Source of the DNA: Eledone cirrhosa
Taxonomy: Eukaryota
DNA length: 64,000 nt
NCBI GenBank assembly: GCA_964016885.1
Contig: OZ024765.1
Span: 13,702,001 to 13,766,000 of the forward strand
Direction: 5' to 3'
Shown: one piece after another, positions 63,983 to 64,000 of the stretch
Layout: every line of letters starts with the position of its first letter
Numbering within the stretch: position 1 is the stretch's first letter
Position numbers and translations under genes: made by a program
Notes under the pieces: generated by a model
Seen by the model: the letters and a program-made list of their open reading frames with translations, nothing else
Told to the model about the DNA's origin: nothing
Database searches by the model: none

Positions 63983-64000
63983 CGGTGAACATTTTTTGAT
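63983..64000 (-). CDS. 3' end of the upstream exon (..IKKCSP), truncated by the window edge
   Basis: ATC AAA AAA TGT TCA CCG|gtatgt; phase 0 matches the next exon, giving CSP-DEELSYDVPNQCCPRC. Only 18 nt are visible. Confidence 0.55.

Overview
Eukaryotic, extremely repeat-rich genomic DNA. The SINE/LINE families and the load of (TA)n and (CAC)n repeats resemble a cephalopod (Octopus-like) genome; this assignment is my inference. Nearly all long ORFs in the track are artefacts of micro- and minisatellites. Real genic signal is small and on the minus strand. (i) The 3' end of a secreted VWF/mucin-type gene has four phase-compatible exons (63983-64000+, 62969-63029, 61297-61587, terminal exon from 57296) encoding the end of a VWC-like domain and an 11-Cys C-terminal cystine knot, followed by AATAAA. 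(ii) A signal-peptide first exon (10312-10403) belongs to a second gene that runs off the left edge; two decayed duplicates of this exon/5'UTR lie in its first intron. The rest consists of RTE-clade LINEs, Tx1-clade LINEs, an R4/Dong-like relic, a CR1/L2-like 3' end, two tRNA-derived SINE families, a non-autonomous Helitron, and piggyBac-, Tc1/mariner- and hAT-type MITEs. The most notable pattern is that several large tandem arrays can each be traced to a segment of a different transposon visible in the same window. The largest is an ~11 kb, 51-bp satellite built from the 3'UTR of an R4/Dong-like LINE, with a 2958-bp higher-order duplication. I found no CRISPR array, no prokaryotic system and no clearly novel protein-coding system.
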